Below are positions 61,434-64,000 of a DNA stretch of 64,000 nt, piece after piece. A program made the position numbers and the translations under genes. This DNA is from Lama guanicoe (Eukaryota): assembly GCA_013239625.1 (NCBI GenBank), contig MU055922.1, forward strand, positions 1,071,289 to 1,135,288. Direction: 5' to 3'. Positions within the stretch are counted from its first letter, which is position 1; each line of letters starts with the position of its first letter. The notes beneath the pieces were generated by a model, which was given only the letters and a program-made list of their open reading frames with translations, had not been told where the DNA came from and did no database searches.

Positions 61434-61618
61434 TGTCAGCGTCCACTTCCTGCTTGTGAAACTGCTCAAGAAGGTTCTGTGCTCTTCTCTCCGGGTCAGA
61501 GCCTGGCATCATCTGCTTGAGATAGTCCAGCAACTTCTGCAAGCAAGGGAAGTGCGGGGGCTCTCGGAAGTCCTCTGCGCACTGGTCAAGCCAGGCCCTC
61601 AGGATGGAGGCGATTGCG
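61434..61618 (-). CDS. RGL1: RGL1 exon, REM (RasGEF_N) domain (AIASILRAWLDQCAEDFREPPHFPCLQKLLDYLKQMMPGSDPERRAQNLLEQFHKQEVDAD); upstream exons appear to lie beyond the window
   Basis: cctcag|C acceptor and ACA|gtgagt donor. 185 bp. The 14 exons total 1882 nt (1 nt plus 627 codons including the stop). Confidence 0.96.
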
Positions 61619-64000
61619 CTGAGGAAGGAAGAGAAACGGAGAGTCACTGCATCCAGCGGGCCGAGGGGACGCAGAACAGCCCCGGCCCGGGGCCTGGTGC
61701 GGGAGTGCCGCGGGGGGACGCAGGCAGGTGGTCAGCAGGTAATTCACCCAGAAGTTCCTGGCAATGTCAGTGAAGGTAAAGCATTTGAAAACGGCCTGAC
61801 TACCTTTTATTATTTTCAGTGGTAGCTGGGGAGCAGGGGGGAGACTGTAAGTAAAAACAAAAAAGGGGGACCAGAAACTTTGGAAAAACCCACAGAGAGC
61901 AAAAAAAAGACAAGCAGAAGATTTAGTGAGTCCCGAAGCAACTTCAAAGTAATCTGTATGCAACAAGATTATGTGTTTCCAATTCTGGATTCACTCAAGT
62001 CAGAGACCACAAAATCTACTGTACTAACATTTTAGGAAATAAATGACTGACAGCAGGCCAGAAATCCGAGGAAAGGAAGGGTCCGGCTTTAGGAAAGATA
62101 AAGGTATAAATTTAATTTTACAAAGATTACCAGGGGTTTCAGCATAGCACCAAAAATGTGCTCACAAAATTATCCTTTTTGCTTCTCAAATTACAAGAGG
62201 ACAATGTGTTTCAAGTGGGAGAAAGAGTGTGAGCAGAGAAGTTAGGGTTTGCAAGGTTAAGGGGAAACACTTGATAAGCAAGAGCCCCTGCGGAGGTGGT
62301 GTCCTCTGACCACTCGGTAGAGTCCGCCCTAGGTGGAATGAGGACCAGGGCCCAGTGCCCTTCAGACACGTTACTAATAACACGAGCGTGTTCCCTCTCA
62401 GTGAGGGGCAGCCTCTCACTCAACGGAAGAGGCACACAGCCGACTGACAGAATGGATAAAAACTTTTGCGTGCTATTATTCCATGCTCCACATTCAAAGA
62501 AGATTCTACAGCCTCTCCTGGGTTGGCATGTGCTGGGCTGTGTCCATGGAGGACACAGTACTTTGTCCCACCAATGACCAGCCATCCCCAGACACAGGGT
62601 GTTTTCACTGATGACGGCTGGAGGGAAGGACAGGGGCTACATATTCATTGATGCACATTTTATTGACAGAGATGTGACACATGGTTTTAGCTGAAGACCT
62701 AACCAAAATGTCTCAGCTGAAAAAAAAAATTGGGGGCAAATTTTAAAATTACCATTGAATTATACTTCAAACTAATCACTTGCTTAGTTAACAAACTGTA
62801 AAGAAATTAAAAAGTATTATGACCCATAAATATACACATACGAAACTGCAGGCTGGGCTTTCTCGGGTGTGTCTAAATTTCACGTCTCAATTTCATAGCA
62901 GAGAGCTGGACTGTGATCAAGGCATAAATACAACTGAAGCCAGTGTAATGCTTAACTTTTGGAACTGAAGTACAAACGCAGAAGGAAAGTAAATTTATGA
63001 ACTGTTCTCACTGCTGCGGGATCACTGCTTCACTAACATGGACACGTAGGCATCTGGAGCTGCAAAATTCACGTACCAACAGCAGAAGCAGATGACATCA
63101 AACCATCACTTACAGCTGGAATTTAAAACCATAGAAATAATTCAGCATTTTCTAAAGCTTTCGTCCAGATCAAATCAAAAGGTAAACAAACGCTTCATGC
63201 CCCTGCAGAAAGCTAGAAGAAACTAATCTGGGCTCTGGGATTAATTGAAAGCACAAGCGAAATGAAATTAATGAACTTCTAGTCAGTGAACCTTCAATAT
63301 TTGGTTCACTTGTTACATCATCTGCTTTGAATGAATGTTTGTGTTGCCCCCGACTTCATAAGGTGAAGCCCTAACTCCCCCCAAGATGATGGACTTCTAG
63401 CTTTTGGGACCCCACACACAGCCTTCATTATTTCTCCTCTCTTCACCAAAAGAAGTATCAGGTATCACGAGCTAAAGAAGAAAATGAGGCGGCACTCTAA
63501 TATTTCATTTGTATAAGGAACAGGACCTTTTCCACAGTTTCCCTTCTTGGCTGACAAGCCTCGATCCCAGAACCAGGATGGGCACACAGGTGGGGTGACA
63601 GCCTGGAGCACAGGTAAGCCTGACGTTTGCTACGTCAGCTTAACTCTTACCGAGCAGTTTTGCCCTTCTCAAAAGAAAGGCAATTTAATTTAATTAGCAC
63701 TACTGATCACTTATTATTTTTTAATATTTCAGTGAGAGCATGTTCTTTCGACGACACTGATGAAAAACCTAGATACGCCAGGATGAGAATTCACACCCCA
63801 CAATTAAGGGAGCCAGAAAAGAGCGTCTCCCCCTCATGATGAGACCAGCACCCCAAGGACCCTAAGGGCCCCTTGGAGTTTCATAACTTGAGCGAAAACC
63901 CAAGTAGAAACCCAAAATTACATTAAAAGATAGATATTAAAAGATATTAAAATATCTTTTACTCCTTTACCTCCATCACTGTTTTAAAATTACAGAATGG

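Noticed and set aside
61619-64000. Next upstream RGL1 exon
   Set aside because: I could not identify a matching exon with splice sites in this stretch; it probably lies beyond the window.

Overview
Mammalian genomic DNA, very likely a camelid (alpaca, llama or camel), judged from Vic-1-type tRNA-derived SINEs. It holds two convergent, intron-containing genes. On the + strand are the last four coding exons and 3' UTR of COLGALT2 (collagen beta(1-O)galactosyltransferase 2): exons 3534-3666, 4810-4937, 7829-8035 and 9476-9752, ending in KDEL, with AATAAA at 11923. On the - strand are the last 14 coding exons of RGL1 (RalGDS-like 1), from 61618 down to the stop at 20991. All junctions are GT-AG and in frame, giving about 626 aa that span the end of the REM domain, the CDC25 GEF domain and the RA domain. 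Introns and the roughly 7 kb intergenic gap carry the usual eutherian repeats (decayed class III ERV plus LTR, MLT1, L1, L2, MIR, MER33, MER58) and younger lineage-specific insertions. Almost all entries in the six-frame ORF track are noise. I found no new multi-gene system. The most unusual items are: an 11-bp/33-bp higher-order repeat forming a tandem array of perfect AGGTCA DR5 (RARE-type) elements in a COLGALT2 intron; a tailless 40-nt 5S rRNA retro-insertion with a 13-bp target-site duplication; an ERVL-like remnant with an env-type CWVC motif; a 27-bp G-rich minisatellite in the COLGALT2 3' UTR; and a micro-duplication creating twin AP-1/ARE sites. Gene and repeat names come from recognising the sequence by eye, not from database searches, and repeat boundaries are approximate.
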